The notes: generated by a model not told the origin, from the sequence alone. Counted from the first letter of the stretch, positions 1 through 9,631 are shown. The stretch: DNA of 64,000 nt from Planctomycetota bacterium (GCA_018242585.1 JAFEBQ010000001.1:40956-104955); one strand, 5' to 3'. Translations and numbers: made by a program.

Positions 1-1170
1 CACCGAGCGCGGCCACACCACGTCGACCGTCGCGTCGTTGGGGTTCAACTGTCCCTCGGCGGACAGCGAGAACCCATAGACCAGATCGGTCGTGATGGGG
101 ATTGGCTTGCCATCCTTGTCTTTTTCACGCTGGGGCGCCTGCTTCGGCGTGCTCAGTGTCAGCTTTTCGCGTTTGGCCGGCTCATAGCCGGCGTCAACGG
201 CCGAGCCGGGCGCGGTCTTGTCGATGCCCAAGTGGCAGGTCGTGCAACGGTCGAATCGCGCGACATCGCGGAAGTTGTTGTTCAGCGTCAGTTGCGGCAG
301 CCAGATTTGCTCGATCTTGAGCGGCCGGCCAAAGGCGTCGATGATTGGCGCTTCGAGCAGCTTGCGGCCGATGCGGCCAATGGCATCGGGAGGCTGGCGC
401 TCAGTGAGTGCCGTTTCACGCTGCTTGAGCGGAGTCTCGTAATCGGCCAGTTCCTTCTGTTTGGCCGCTTCGTTAGCGTTGATCTGACCGATCACGCCTT
501 CCAGGTCCAGCCGGTGCGTCTTGGCGGCCTGATACGCCAAGTTCAAGTCATTGACCAGGTTCTCGACCTTGCGCACCCCGTCCTCGATCGACTTCAAGTC
601 GGCGTCGTCCTTCCCCTCGTCGACGGCAATCGAAAACTTGCTGCGCTCGACGTCCAACTCGGCGCGCTTGAACTTCAACTCGCTCTGACGTTTTCCCTCG
701 TCGAACTTGGCCTTGTTGACGACGGCTTGCATAGCCGCCAGCAGCGCCGCCCGCTTGGTCGTGACTTGCGACTTGTCTTCCGTGGGCGAAGGGGGCGTCC
801 CCTTGGGCAAGGCCACATCGATCTGATCTTGGACCGCCTTCAAGTCGTAACCGTTGGTCGAAGCGTACGCCGTGGCTCGCTTGAGGAAGTCGTCGACCAA
901 CTCACGCGACGGGTGCTCGGCCGCGGCGGCGGCGACTTCCTTTTGCAACTCGGCCTTGCGAGCCTGGAACGCGGGGCTGTCCGACTCGTCGACCCGGCTT
1001 TCGGCCGTCCAGATTTCGACTTTCTGGAAGTCGCGCTGGTAGTTCTTCCACTCCCGATCGTGGTCCTTGGCCAGCATCCAGATGGTGGCGATCAACATCA
1101 CCAACCCCGAGACGCAGAACACCACGTGCATCAGCGACAGACTGCGCCAAGTTTGTTCATTAGCGGGCAT
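1..1170 (-). CDS. Membrane-anchored c-type cytochrome, partial (C-terminus lies beyond the window start); last gene of the Rieske/cytochrome b cluster
   Basis: Absent from the ORF track because the window edge cuts it. Hand translation of the reverse strand from ATG (1170-1168) stays open to position 1 (390 codons). It reads MPANEQTWRSLSLMHVVFCVSGLVMLIATIWMLAKDH..., giving one TM helix, about 250 aa of charged helical sequence, then FDRCTTCHLG. The CXXCH haem-c motif is encoded at 232-246. Same strand, 118 nt downstream of the cytochrome b C-terminal subunit gene. Confidence 0.7.
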   Translation of the reverse strand, partial: MPANEQTWRSLSLMHVVFCVSGLVMLIATIWMLAKDHDREWKNYQRDFQKVEIWTAESRVDESDSPAFQARKAELQKEVAAAAAEHPSRELVDDFLKRATAYASTNGYDLKAVQDQIDVALPKGTPPSPTEDKSQVTTKRAALLAAMQAVVNKAKFDEGKRQSELKFKRAELDVERSKFSIAVDEGKDDADLKSIEDGVRKVENLVNDLNLAYQAAKTHRLDLEGVIGQINANEAAKQKELADYETPLKQRETALTERQPPDAIGRIGRKLLEAPIIDAFGRPLKIEQIWLPQLTLNNNFRDVARFDRCTTCHLGIDKTAPGSAVDAGYEPAKREKLTLSTPKQAPQREKDKDGKPIPITTDLVYGFSLSAEGQLNPNDATVDVVWPRSV

Positions 1171-1288
1171 ATCAGCTTGCCTTCGTTCCGTCGGGATCCA
1201 ACCCGATGTAGCGTAAACTTTTCACCACCTGCATACGCCCGCGATCGTCGTCAGCCGGGGCGACGCGACGCGAGCGGGCCGCCGGCGA

Positions 1289-2689
1289 TCACAAATTCAG
1301 GAAGTATTCGTCGATGTGAATGATGTATTTCAGATTCACCGTCCAGCGCAGAATCATCTTCACCGGCAGCGAAGCCATCAGCAGCAGCAAGTTGGCCAGG
1401 ATCATGTAGCGGATGAAGCCCATCTTGACGAAGAACTTGCGCAAGATGGTCGTCGCCATGATCGGCGGCAGCACAATCAAGTAGCCCAGCGTCAGGATGA
1501 TGCCCGGCGCTTCGCGATAGGCAATCCAGAGCAACTCCATTCCCTTGCCGGTGCCGGCGGGCGCCTTGGGCAGCCCGGTGTTCATCAACCCTTTCCAGAA
1601 ATACTCGGAAAGGTCGATATTGTTCATGGCCAGCACCTTGTGGGCGTCCCAGAACTCAAAAGGACCAAAGATGTTCCAGTTCGGTCCACGCAGGAACGTG
1701 CCCAGGATGATCAGCACGACCCACAATTCGATGAAGCCGAGTTGGAAGATGATGTAAGCGAACTTCCGTTCCACGATCGTGTAGTAGCCGTTCCCCTTCT
1801 TGTTGAAGTCCAAGTAGGGAATCGCCATCAAGCCCCCCACGACCACGCTGGGAAGCACGACGCCAGCCATCCACGGATCGAAGTAAACGAGCATCTCCTG
1901 CAACCCCAGGAAGTACCACGGCGCCTTCGACGGATTGGGGGTTTTCACACTGCTGGCCGGCTCTTCCAGCGGGGCTTGCAGGCCGAGCCCCCAGAACAAC
2001 AGGAACGCCGTCAGCGCGATCATGCAGATCATTTCGGTGTAAACCAGGTCGGGCCACACCAGCACCTTTTCGTCGTCCACCTTTTCCAGCGGCGGTAGCC
2101 CTTCGGCAATCCGGTCGTCGTTCAACACCGCTTTGTACGTGGCCAGCCAGGTGAAGAAACCCAGCAAGAAAATCAAACCAACGATCGGCACGTTGTCGGG
2201 CTTGGCCACAATGGCGGCGAAGTTCGGGTCGGTCATGGCCATGCCCATGCCCAACAGTGACAGGTTGAACACCAGCCAAGCCACGGCTGGCTTGGTCAAC
2301 GGGCGACGGAAGACATAGAACACGATCATGCCCAGCAGCGAGCCGCCGGTCAGCACGACCGGACCATTGGCACCGCCGATGAACGCATTGGCCAATTCCT
2401 TGATCTTGACCCAAGCGCTCGGCAGCCAAGGCTCGAACGGCCAGAAGTGCCAGATCGGGAACGGCGCCCCGTCCATGGCAATGGGGGACAACAACAGGAA
2501 GAATGAGCCAAAGGCAAACCAGGCGGCCACGTTGGTGACCGGCAGGCCGAACAGATGGAAGTAAGTCTTTGACGGCCCGCGGCGCCACAACAACAGGGCG
2601 GTCACCCAGTTCATCGTGGCCAACAGCAGATAGAACCAGCCCAGCGGCTTGGCCGCCGTCACCAGAAAATGTAGTTCGTCACCGTGCAT
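1289..2689 (-). CDS. Cytochrome bc-complex subunit, cytochrome b C-terminal domain / subunit IV-like, enlarged multi-pass membrane protein
   Basis: 466 aa and very hydrophobic. Contains PNPSKAPWYFLGLQEML, the PEWY-type Qo-site motif of the cytochrome b C-terminal domain / b6f subunit IV. Lies directly downstream of the b6-like gene. Confidence 0.8.
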   Translation of the reverse strand: MHGDELHFLVTAAKPLGWFYLLLATMNWVTALLLWRRGPSKTYFHLFGLPVTNVAAWFAFGSFFLLLSPIAMDGAPFPIWHFWPFEPWLPSAWVKIKELANAFIGGANGPVVLTGGSLLGMIVFYVFRRPLTKPAVAWLVFNLSLLGMGMAMTDPNFAAIVAKPDNVPIVGLIFLLGFFTWLATYKAVLNDDRIAEGLPPLEKVDDEKVLVWPDLVYTEMICMIALTAFLLFWGLGLQAPLEEPASSVKTPNPSKAPWYFLGLQEMLVYFDPWMAGVVLPSVVVGGLMAIPYLDFNKKGNGYYTIVERKFAYIIFQLGFIELWVVLIILGTFLRGPNWNIFGPFEFWDAHKVLAMNNIDLSEYFWKGLMNTGLPKAPAGTGKGMELLWIAYREAPGIILTLGYLIVLPPIMATTILRKFFVKMGFIRYMILANLLLLMASLPVKMILRWTVNLKYIIHIDEYFLNL

Positions 2690-2795
2690 AGCTTCGTACT
2701 TCCACGGACAAGAGTTACTCGCAGTCCGGCACTCCGACGCAAGCCACCATGCTCTTGCCGGCGTTTATCGTTTCGCGTTTATCGTTTTTCGTCGC

Positions 2796-3572
2796 TTACA
2801 GCGGCCCGCTAATGCCGCCGTCCTTGCGCACGCGCCAGAAGTGAATCGCAATCAACAACGACGCGGCCAGCGGAATGGCCACGCAGTGCAATACGTAAAA
2901 CCGATTGAGCGTTTCCTCGCCGACGAACCGCGCGCCGAGCAAGCCGAACCGCGCGTCGCTGGCGTTGGTGATCATGTCGATGCCGCCGATCTGCAGCAGT
3001 TGCTGACCGGGGCCTTCGTGACCCAACAAAGGCGTGGCGCGGGCCATGTTCGAACCGACCGTGATGGCCCAAATGGCCAACTGGTCCCACGGCAGCAAAT
3101 AGCCGGTGAATGACAACAGCAGCGTGAGCAGCAGCAAAATCACGCCGATCACCCAGTTGAACTCGCGCGGCGGCTTATAGCTGCCCGTCAAGAACACCCG
3201 GTACATATGCAACCAGGTGGTGATCACCATGGCGTGCGCGCCCCAGCGGTGCAGCTCGCGCAACACCCCCAGACTCGTCACGTCGCGCAAGGCGAGGATG
3301 TCGTTATAGGCCCACTCGAGCGTCGGCCGGAAATAGAACATGAGCAGCACGCCGGTGATCGTTTCGACCAGAAACAGGAAGAACGTCACGCCACCCATGC
3401 ACCAGGTGTACGAGAGCGCGATGCCTTGCTTCTTGATCGAGACCGGATGCAGGTGCAGGAAGAAGTTCGTCAGCATCACGACGATGCGGTTACGACGATC
3501 GATCGGCATGGGGTGCCGAAAGATGCTCTTCCAAAGTTGCGAATTACGAATCGTCTCGCCGATCGTGGCCAT
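2796..3572 (-). CDS. Cytochrome b6-like subunit (cytochrome b N-terminal haem-binding domain)
   Basis: 258 aa. Has the [14 protein letters not shown] motif (compare b6 TGYSLPWDQ). Conserved His-containing helices are present ([24 protein letters not shown]). Sits between the Rieske and subunit IV-like genes. Confidence 0.85.
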   Translation of the reverse strand: MATIGETIRNSQLWKSIFRHPMPIDRRNRIVVMLTNFFLHLHPVSIKKQGIALSYTWCMGGVTFFLFLVETITGVLLMFYFRPTLEWAYNDILALRDVTSLGVLRELHRWGAHAMVITTWLHMYRVFLTGSYKPPREFNWVIGVILLLLTLLLSFTGYLLPWDQLAIWAITVGSNMARATPLLGHEGPGQQLLQIGGIDMITNASDARFGLLGARFVGEETLNRFYVLHCVAIPLAASLLIAIHFWRVRKDGGISGPL

Positions 3573-3632
3573 TATCGCCGCTTTCCCACGTTCTTCGGTT
3601 GCTCAGTCGCTGGTTCAGTTATTCAGCCGCTC

Positions 3633-4802
3633 TTAGACCGTCACGTAACAGGCCGGGTCCACCCACTGTCCCAGTTCTTCCTGGAACAGCTTGCTCTTGT
3701 CGACTTCCAACTGGCCGTCGTCGGACAGGCGGATGGCATATCGTTCGAGCGGTCGCGGAGCCGGACCTTCAAAGTTGATTCCGTCTTTGTAGAAACCGCT
3801 GCCGTGGCAGGGGCACTTGAACTTCTGCTCCCCTTCGAGCCAGTTCGGCGTGCAGCCCAGGTGAGTGCAAACCGTCCGCAGCGCGAAGATCTCGCGAACG
3901 CCGTTGTATTCGGCGTTTACGACCCAGACACCGTTCAGCGCCTTGAACCGCTCGTCGACCGTGCCCGGCGGGAAATCGCTCGGGAAGCCGACTTTGAACC
4001 GGCTGGGAGGCTCGGTGAGGATGTTCGGAAACATGAACCGCGCCGTGGCCAGGCCCATCAGCCCCGTCGCCGTCGCCAGGAACGTGAACCCAGCGGCCAA
4101 GAACGAGCCAAAGATAATTTCCATGAAGCCGCGGCGATCTTCATCCGCCTCGGCCTTGGCCGGCTTGACCTTGGCATAGTCGGGCTTCACCGGCATGGGC
4201 GGGACAGTCACCTTGGACTGGGTGACCTTGATCTCTTTGCCGGCGGCTTGCTTGGCCGACTCTTCCTTCGAGATCGGGCCAGGCTTCGTGGCCGCGCGTG
4301 CTGCGGCCAGAATGCTCGCGGTGTCTTTCGCGCTTCCCACCTTGGGCGCTGCGGCAGCGGCGGGCTTGGTCTTATCCGGAAGCGGCGCTTTACCGGCCGC
4401 GGCGGCAGGCTTGGCTGCAGGCGCTGGCTTGGCGGCGGCCGCAGGCTTGGGACTGGTCTTCGCCTCGCCCGCTTTTGGCGCGGCGGGAGCTGCACCGCCT
4501 GGCTTGTTCGCGCGGGCCATGGCCATCATATCGGCCACGCTTGGTCGCGCGCCGGCAGGCTTCTTGGCCGCCGCGGCCTCAGCCACCGGGGCAGGGGGCG
4601 CTTCCTCAGCCGCGGCAGGCTCTTCGGCCGGCGCCTCTTCAACGGCTTCTTCTATGGGCGCTTCAGCCACCGCTTCGGGCTCGGGCGCTGCCGCCTGGGA
4701 CTCTGCCGCAGGTGTCTCGGGGGCGTCGCCACCGCCGCCGCCATCCATGCGACGACACAATGCGAGGATCTCGGAAACCGAAGGTCTTTTCTTTTCAGCC
4801 AT
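3633..4802 (-). CDS. Rieske [2Fe-2S] protein of the bc complex, with a long N-terminal Ala/Pro/Lys-rich extension (start codon uncertain)
   Basis: The C-terminal half carries CTHLGC...CPCHGS, the two Rieske cluster-binding boxes. One TM helix (FMEIIFGSFLAAGFTFLATATGLMGL) is preceded by DRRGF. An alternative start is Met203 (codon 4194-4196). Confidence 0.85.
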   Translation of the reverse strand: MAEKKRPSVSEILALCRRMDGGGGGDAPETPAAESQAAAPEPEAVAEAPIEEAVEEAPAEEPAAAEEAPPAPVAEAAAAKKPAGARPSVADMMAMARANKPGGAAPAAPKAGEAKTSPKPAAAAKPAPAAKPAAAAGKAPLPDKTKPAAAAAPKVGSAKDTASILAAARAATKPGPISKEESAKQAAGKEIKVTQSKVTVPPMPVKPDYAKVKPAKAEADEDRRGFMEIIFGSFLAAGFTFLATATGLMGLATARFMFPNILTEPPSRFKVGFPSDFPPGTVDERFKALNGVWVVNAEYNGVREIFALRTVCTHLGCTPNWLEGEQKFKCPCHGSGFYKDGINFEGPAPRPLERYAIRLSDDGQLEVDKSKLFQEELGQWVDPACYVTV

Positions 4803-5258
4803 GCGCGCACTCGCCGACGAAAATGAACCACGCTGCCGTCATCGAAACCCGTCGATTTCGACCAGCAACCCGATCGCGCCGTAAATCACTAACTTCCTTG
4901 CCTTGTGGGGCTTAGAAAAGGAGCCCGAAGACCGGCGCGATATTGTGACATTTTTCACGAACTCGCAACCGCTCTTTTTAGCCATTTCCCTAGCCCTGTC
5001 AACCTGCATTACCCTCGACAACTAGCACTTTTTCGCTGGCGCTGGCAGCGGCGCACGGTGATCCAGCGTGCGGCGCGGGGGCCGCCAGCGATTGGTCTGC
5101 GAACCGCCTGAGGAGAAGTGCGCAAGAACCCAACCTGACGAGTTACGTTCCTGTCGCAACGTCGGCCAGTCGTTCGCAACCCGCGACCCTGAAAGAGCAC
5201 GCTCCGCCGCTCCATTTTTCCCGAGCAAAACAACGCATGCATCTTTCATTTTCAGCGA

Positions 5259-6437
5259 GTGGCCATAACCTACACGCTCGCGCCAGCGGTATTCAATAGG
5301 CCGACGCGCGTTTCTCGATTCCTTAATCCAATCAAAGGTCGCACGGTGTCCACTGGGTCACGTATCAACGTCGATTGGGACCGCTGGGAGGCGATCCTCC
5401 ACGCCGATCCGTCGGCGCGAGGACTCCCCGCGTTTCGCCAGCCCGATGGTCGTTGGCTCGATCAGGGGCAATTGCGCACTGCGGCTGAACATTTGGCAAC
5501 TCATGCCCGACATGTCGGTATTTTGACCGGCTTTTCGGTGCGCGGCCCGAACGGCATGACCATCGAGACCGATGGCCCGCCGGGGGCGATCTACCTGGCG
5601 CGCGTGCTCAACGAATTGGACGTTCACACAACAATTGTCACCGACGCCTACGGCGCGCACGCGCTGCGGACAAGTTGTCGCCCGGCGGGCCTGTCCCCCG
5701 AGTCGGTGCTGGTCATGCCGTTCGACGGCTTGGCGCCAATGGTGCCCGAGCGCCACGCGAACGACGCCGCATCGAGCCGGCGCAGCCTGGCCTGGTGCGA
5801 CGAGGTGTTCGACACGCGACCGGCGCGCGATTGGACGCACTTGATTTCCATCGAGCGTTGCGGGCCGTGCCATACGCTATCGTCGATGGCCGCAGCGAGC
5901 TATCAACACTCGGCCGCGACCCAGGCGGAATTCGCCCGACTGGTCCCCGCCGAAGCGCGCGACCGGTGTCATAACATGCGCGGCCACGACATCACGCCGC
6001 TGATGGCTAAAACGCACCTGCTGTTCGAGACCATTGCCGAACGCCGCCTGCCCATCACCACCATCGGCATCGCCGACGGCGGCAACGAAATCGGCGCTGG
6101 AGCGATCGCGTGGGACACGATCCTGCGCGCGGGTACTTCGCAGGCGATGGACCGGATTGCTTGTCGCATCGCCACTGACTTTTTGCTATTGGCCGGCGTG
6201 AGCAACTGGGGGGGCTACGCGCTGGCCTTGGGAGTGGCGGCGCTGCGCGGACAAACCGCGGCCGTCCGTACGCTCGACGCGGATAGCGAGCGCGCCGCGA
6301 TTGAACACCTGGTCCGGCGCGGCGAAGCGGTCGATGGCTTGACACTTGAAGCTGTCGCCACCGTCGATGGACTTAAGCTCGACGACTACCTGGAACCTTT
6401 GCGGCAAATGCGCACTTCGTTGGGCTTATCTCCTTAG
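5259..6437 (+). CDS. DUF4392 family protein (D-glutamate cyclase-like)
   Basis: Motifs recalled from DUF4392/DGLUCY proteins are present: ILTGF, ETDGPPGA, SIERCGP, IADGGNEIGAG, AGVSNWGGYALA. The ORF-track start is GTG; the true start may be further downstream (for example GTG at 5346). Confidence 0.7.
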   Translation: MAITYTLAPAVFNRPTRVSRFLNPIKGRTVSTGSRINVDWDRWEAILHADPSARGLPAFRQPDGRWLDQGQLRTAAEHLATHARHVGILTGFSVRGPNGMTIETDGPPGAIYLARVLNELDVHTTIVTDAYGAHALRTSCRPAGLSPESVLVMPFDGLAPMVPERHANDAASSRRSLAWCDEVFDTRPARDWTHLISIERCGPCHTLSSMAAASYQHSAATQAEFARLVPAEARDRCHNMRGHDITPLMAKTHLLFETIAERRLPITTIGIADGGNEIGAGAIAWDTILRAGTSQAMDRIACRIATDFLLLAGVSNWGGYALALGVAALRGQTAAVRTLDADSERAAIEHLVRRGEAVDGLTLEAVATVDGLKLDDYLEPLRQMRTSLGLSP

Positions 6438-6484
6438 ACGGCTTGGCCTGTCGGCCATCGTAGCGCGCATTGCCACGTTTCAGC

Positions 6485-6619
6485 GGGTAGCCCCGACAAC
6501 TTGTTGTCGGGGTTGCGCAGCAACCAGAGGGCGCGGGAAGGCTTTACCGCTCGATCGACACGGCGCACGATCCCTCTTGTCGCTAATGCGACCCGGACAA
6601 CAAGTTGTCCGGGCTACCC
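6485..6619. repeat. 135-bp double-hairpin inverted-repeat element
   Basis: The left arm is gggtagccccgacaacttgttgtcggggttgcg. The right arm is cgacccggacaacaagttgtccgggctaccc. Each arm is itself a hairpin, and the two arms are inverted relative to each other. The element lies in the DUF4392-purD spacer. Confidence 0.8.
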
Positions 6620-6755
6620 TGTTCGCATCTCGGACGGCGTAACTCAATTGCCCCGTTTCAGCCCATTCCAGCAGCGGCCCGACTGCCGTAAAATCTTGAG
6701 TCTCGCGAAACTAAGCCAACGAAATCGAACCACCCAAGCAGCAGGCCCCTGAAAT

Positions 6756-8048
6756 ATGGCGACGAACATTTTGATTATCGGCAACGGTGGCCGCGAACAC
6801 GCCTTGGCCTGGAAGCTGGGGCAAAGCCCGCACGTGAAGCAGGTGTTCGTCGCGCCGGGCAACGCCGGCACGGCGGTCGATGCCGTGAACATCGACATTG
6901 CGCCGACCGATTTCGCGCGGTTGATTCAATTCGCGTCGCAGAACGACGTCGGCCTGACCATCGTGGGGCCCGAAGTCCCGCTGGTGGCCGGCATTGTCGA
7001 CGCGTTTCAGGCCGCCCGGCTGCGTGTCTTTGGCCCGAACAAGCTGGCCGCCGAGTTGGAGGGAAGCAAGGTCTTCTGCAAGAACCTGCTGCGCCACGCC
7101 GACGTGCCGACGGCCGACTACCGAGTGTTCAAGCAAGTCGATCGCGCGATCACTTACTTGAAGGATCGCGAAGACGTACCGGTGGTGGTCAAAGCCGATG
7201 GCTTGGCGGCCGGCAAGGGTGTGATCGTTTGCAGCGGCCGGGCCGAAGCGCTTGACGCGGTCGAACGAATTGGCGGCGAACGCGAGTTCGGCGAGGCCGG
7301 CAACCAGATCGTGATCGAAGAACGCCTCGACGGGCAAGAGGCGAGCGTGCTGGCGCTGACCGATGGACAAACCATCATCACCTTGCCGGCGGCTCAGGAT
7401 CACAAGCGCGCCTTCGACGGCGACACCGGGCCCAATACCGGCGGCATGGGAGCGTACTGCCCCGCGCCGTTGGTGAACGAAGAGATGATGCACTGGATCG
7501 AGGAGCACGTGCTGGTGCCAACGGTCCACGCCATGAAGCGTGCCCGCCGGCCGTTCCGCGGCATTCTTTACGCGGGTCTGATGCTGACCAACCAGGGGCC
7601 CAAGGTGCTCGAATACAACGTCCGCTTCGGCGACCCCGAGTGTCAGCCGTTGATGATGCGGTTGAAAAGCGACCTGTTCGAGTTGCTCGACGCGGCGGTC
7701 GATGGCCGGCTCGAATCAATTCTCGCGCCGGTGTGGGACGAGCGGCCGAGTGTCTGCGTGGTGATGGCCAGCGAGGGCTACCCGGGCAAGTATCCGCGCG
7801 GCAAGATCATCCGCGGGCTCGACGAGGCGGCCCGGATTCCAGACGTGAAGGTGTTTCACGCCGGCACGTCGGTAGCCGATGGCCAGGCCGTCACCGACGG
7901 CGGCCGCGTGCTGGGCGTGACCGCGCTCGGCAGCACGATCCCCGCGGCCAAGCTCCAGGCTTACACCGCCGTGAAGGCCATCCGCTGGGAAGGGGCTTGG
8001 TGCCGCAAAGACATCTCGGACAAGGCGATGAAAGCGGCGAAGGCATAA
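6756..8048 (+). CDS. purD: Phosphoribosylamine--glycine ligase
   Basis: 430 aa. The N-terminus is MATNILIIGNGGREHALAWKL. ATP-grasp core motifs and full-length colinearity with PurD are present. Confidence 0.95.
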   Translation: MATNILIIGNGGREHALAWKLGQSPHVKQVFVAPGNAGTAVDAVNIDIAPTDFARLIQFASQNDVGLTIVGPEVPLVAGIVDAFQAARLRVFGPNKLAAELEGSKVFCKNLLRHADVPTADYRVFKQVDRAITYLKDREDVPVVVKADGLAAGKGVIVCSGRAEALDAVERIGGEREFGEAGNQIVIEERLDGQEASVLALTDGQTIITLPAAQDHKRAFDGDTGPNTGGMGAYCPAPLVNEEMMHWIEEHVLVPTVHAMKRARRPFRGILYAGLMLTNQGPKVLEYNVRFGDPECQPLMMRLKSDLFELLDAAVDGRLESILAPVWDERPSVCVVMASEGYPGKYPRGKIIRGLDEAARIPDVKVFHAGTSVADGQAVTDGGRVLGVTALGSTIPAAKLQAYTAVKAIRWEGAWCRKDISDKAMKAAKA

Positions 8049-8097
8049 CGCAATCGTTCACCGTTGCTTAATCGTTCATCATTGCGACGGGCGCGAT

Positions 8098-8264
8098 GAA
8101 CACCCCTCCCTTTCAGGGAGGGGCAGGGGGAGGGTAAAGACGGCACTTGCCATTCGACATTGGGCTCGCTCTGCCTTCACCAATCGCAACATCCCACGGC
8201 CTTCAACGCATTTACCCTCACCCGCTTCGCTGCGCTCGCGACCTCTCCCTTAAAGGGCGAGGTG
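8098..8264. repeat. About 167-bp paired-hairpin element, copy 1 of 3
   Basis: Arm A is cacccctccctttcagggaggggcagggggagggtaaa. Arm B is tttaccctcacccgcttcgctgcgctcgcgacctctcccttaaagggcgaggtg. A 72-nt non-conserved spacer separates them. Confidence 0.8.
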
Positions 8265-8275
8265 AAACACGACAC

Positions 8276-9631
8276 TCACTCATCCACACGTCGATACAGG
8301 CCGTGGTTCTGCTCGGCTAGCGTGCGGAGGAACGTCTCCATCATGCTCTCCGGTTCTCCGGGAGCGATGCCGATCGTATAGATCGAGACTCGGCGCGTTT
8401 TGTTCTGCTTGCCGACCGCGGCCACGATATCGTCGGGCAGCACATAACGCCCCGTCGTCGGCGCGCCGTCGGTCAAGACATAGATCGCCTCGGCGTCGTA
8501 GAAGAACGCCGCATTGATCGCGTCGTAGGTGGCTGTCGCCGAACTGGGAATGATCCGTTCGATGTACTTCGACGCGTCGATCTTGTGGGCCGTGTCGGCC
8601 GGCACCAACTCCTTGTGCCAGGTGCTGATCCCGCTGTTGAATATGACGATGCCGAACTGCACATCGTCCTTCAGCCCCGTCACCGCGTTAATCAGCTCGC
8701 GCTTGGCCGCCACGATCCGCGGGCCGGACATGCTGCCTGAGTTATCGAGCACGAATACCATCTTCTTGGCGTACAGGGGCAGCCCGTAATAGTCAGACGT
8801 GCCGCGCATGACGATGTTTTCGAATTTGCGAATCGCCGGCCGCATGAAGGGTACGGGGAACTTGAAGGTGGCCTTGTTGTCGGCCCACCACTGGACCCAC
8901 TGGTCCGGTTCGGTCAATTGCTTTTGACCGCTGACCAGCCCCAGGTATTCCATGGCGTCGGCCCGGGCTTCGCCGTCGGTCTTGGCCACCAGCTTGACCA
9001 GCGCTTCGACCGCCTCGGTGCGATCGATGCGGACCAACGCTTGGACCACTGCGCGGCGGACGAAAAAGTCGTTGAACAGCTTCGACTGCGCTACTTTTTC
9101 CAGCGGCACGACGTCACCGGCATCGCCCCGAGCCCCCAGCAGGTCGATCATCGAGACGATGAACAAGTCCCCGCCGCGGGCGTTGGCCAGGTGGTCATTC
9201 AAGTAGCGCATCGACGTCTGTTGCACTTCGGCCAGATCGCTGCTCAACAGCACACTGAGCAACAGCGGCGAATACTGATTGGGCGTCGGCCGGCGCGACT
9301 CCTGGTTCAATTGCTCGACCAGCCAGTCGCAAACCGGGCGCTCGTCCTTGAACTTCATCAAGACTTCGTACGCCGCCAGCCGCACCCGTTCGGTCGGGTC
9401 GTGCAGGCCGTATTGATACAGGAGCTTGGCTGCTTCGGGATCCTTGAAGGCTTCGAGCTGCAGCACGCCGTCGTGGCGCGTGGCCTCGGTCTTGGAGCGC
9501 AGCTTGTTGATCGCCTGGGCGCGTTCCTTGTCGCTGGGCTTGGTCGGCTTGGCCGGAGGAGCGGCCCACGACGTGCCAATGACCAATGCCGCCAGCCAGA
9601 CCGCTAGCGCTAACCTGAGGGCTCGCATCAC
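8276..9631 (-). CDS. Secreted von Willebrand factor A domain protein with N-terminal HEAT/armadillo-like repeats
   Basis: Signal peptide MMRALRLALAVWLAALVIGTSWA. The MIDAS motif VFVLDNSGSMSG (DxSxS) lies in the C-terminal half. The N-terminal half is helical repeat sequence. Confidence 0.8.
   Translation of the reverse strand: MMRALRLALAVWLAALVIGTSWAAPPAKPTKPSDKERAQAINKLRSKTEATRHDGVLQLEAFKDPEAAKLLYQYGLHDPTERVRLAAYEVLMKFKDERPVCDWLVEQLNQESRRPTPNQYSPLLLSVLLSSDLAEVQQTSMRYLNDHLANARGGDLFIVSMIDLLGARGDAGDVVPLEKVAQSKLFNDFFVRRAVVQALVRIDRTEAVEALVKLVAKTDGEARADAMEYLGLVSGQKQLTEPDQWVQWWADNKATFKFPVPFMRPAIRKFENIVMRGTSDYYGLPLYAKKMVFVLDNSGSMSGPRIVAAKRELINAVTGLKDDVQFGIVIFNSGISTWHKELVPADTAHKIDASKYIERIIPSSATATYDAINAAFFYDAEAIYVLTDGAPTTGRYVLPDDIVAAVGKQNKTRRVSIYTIGIAPGEPESMMETFLRTLAEQNHGLYRRVDE

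Noticed and set aside
232-1323. 363-aa plus-strand ORF
   Set aside because: It is the mirror ORF of the minus-strand cytochrome c gene. The translation is R/L/G/V/D-rich with no motif, whereas the opposite strand gives a TM helix plus CXXCH.
3207-4826. 539-aa plus-strand ORF (and 4195-4915 ORFs)
   Set aside because: They are antisense to the cytochrome b6-like and Rieske genes. The R/G-rich translation is typical of GC-rich antisense frames.
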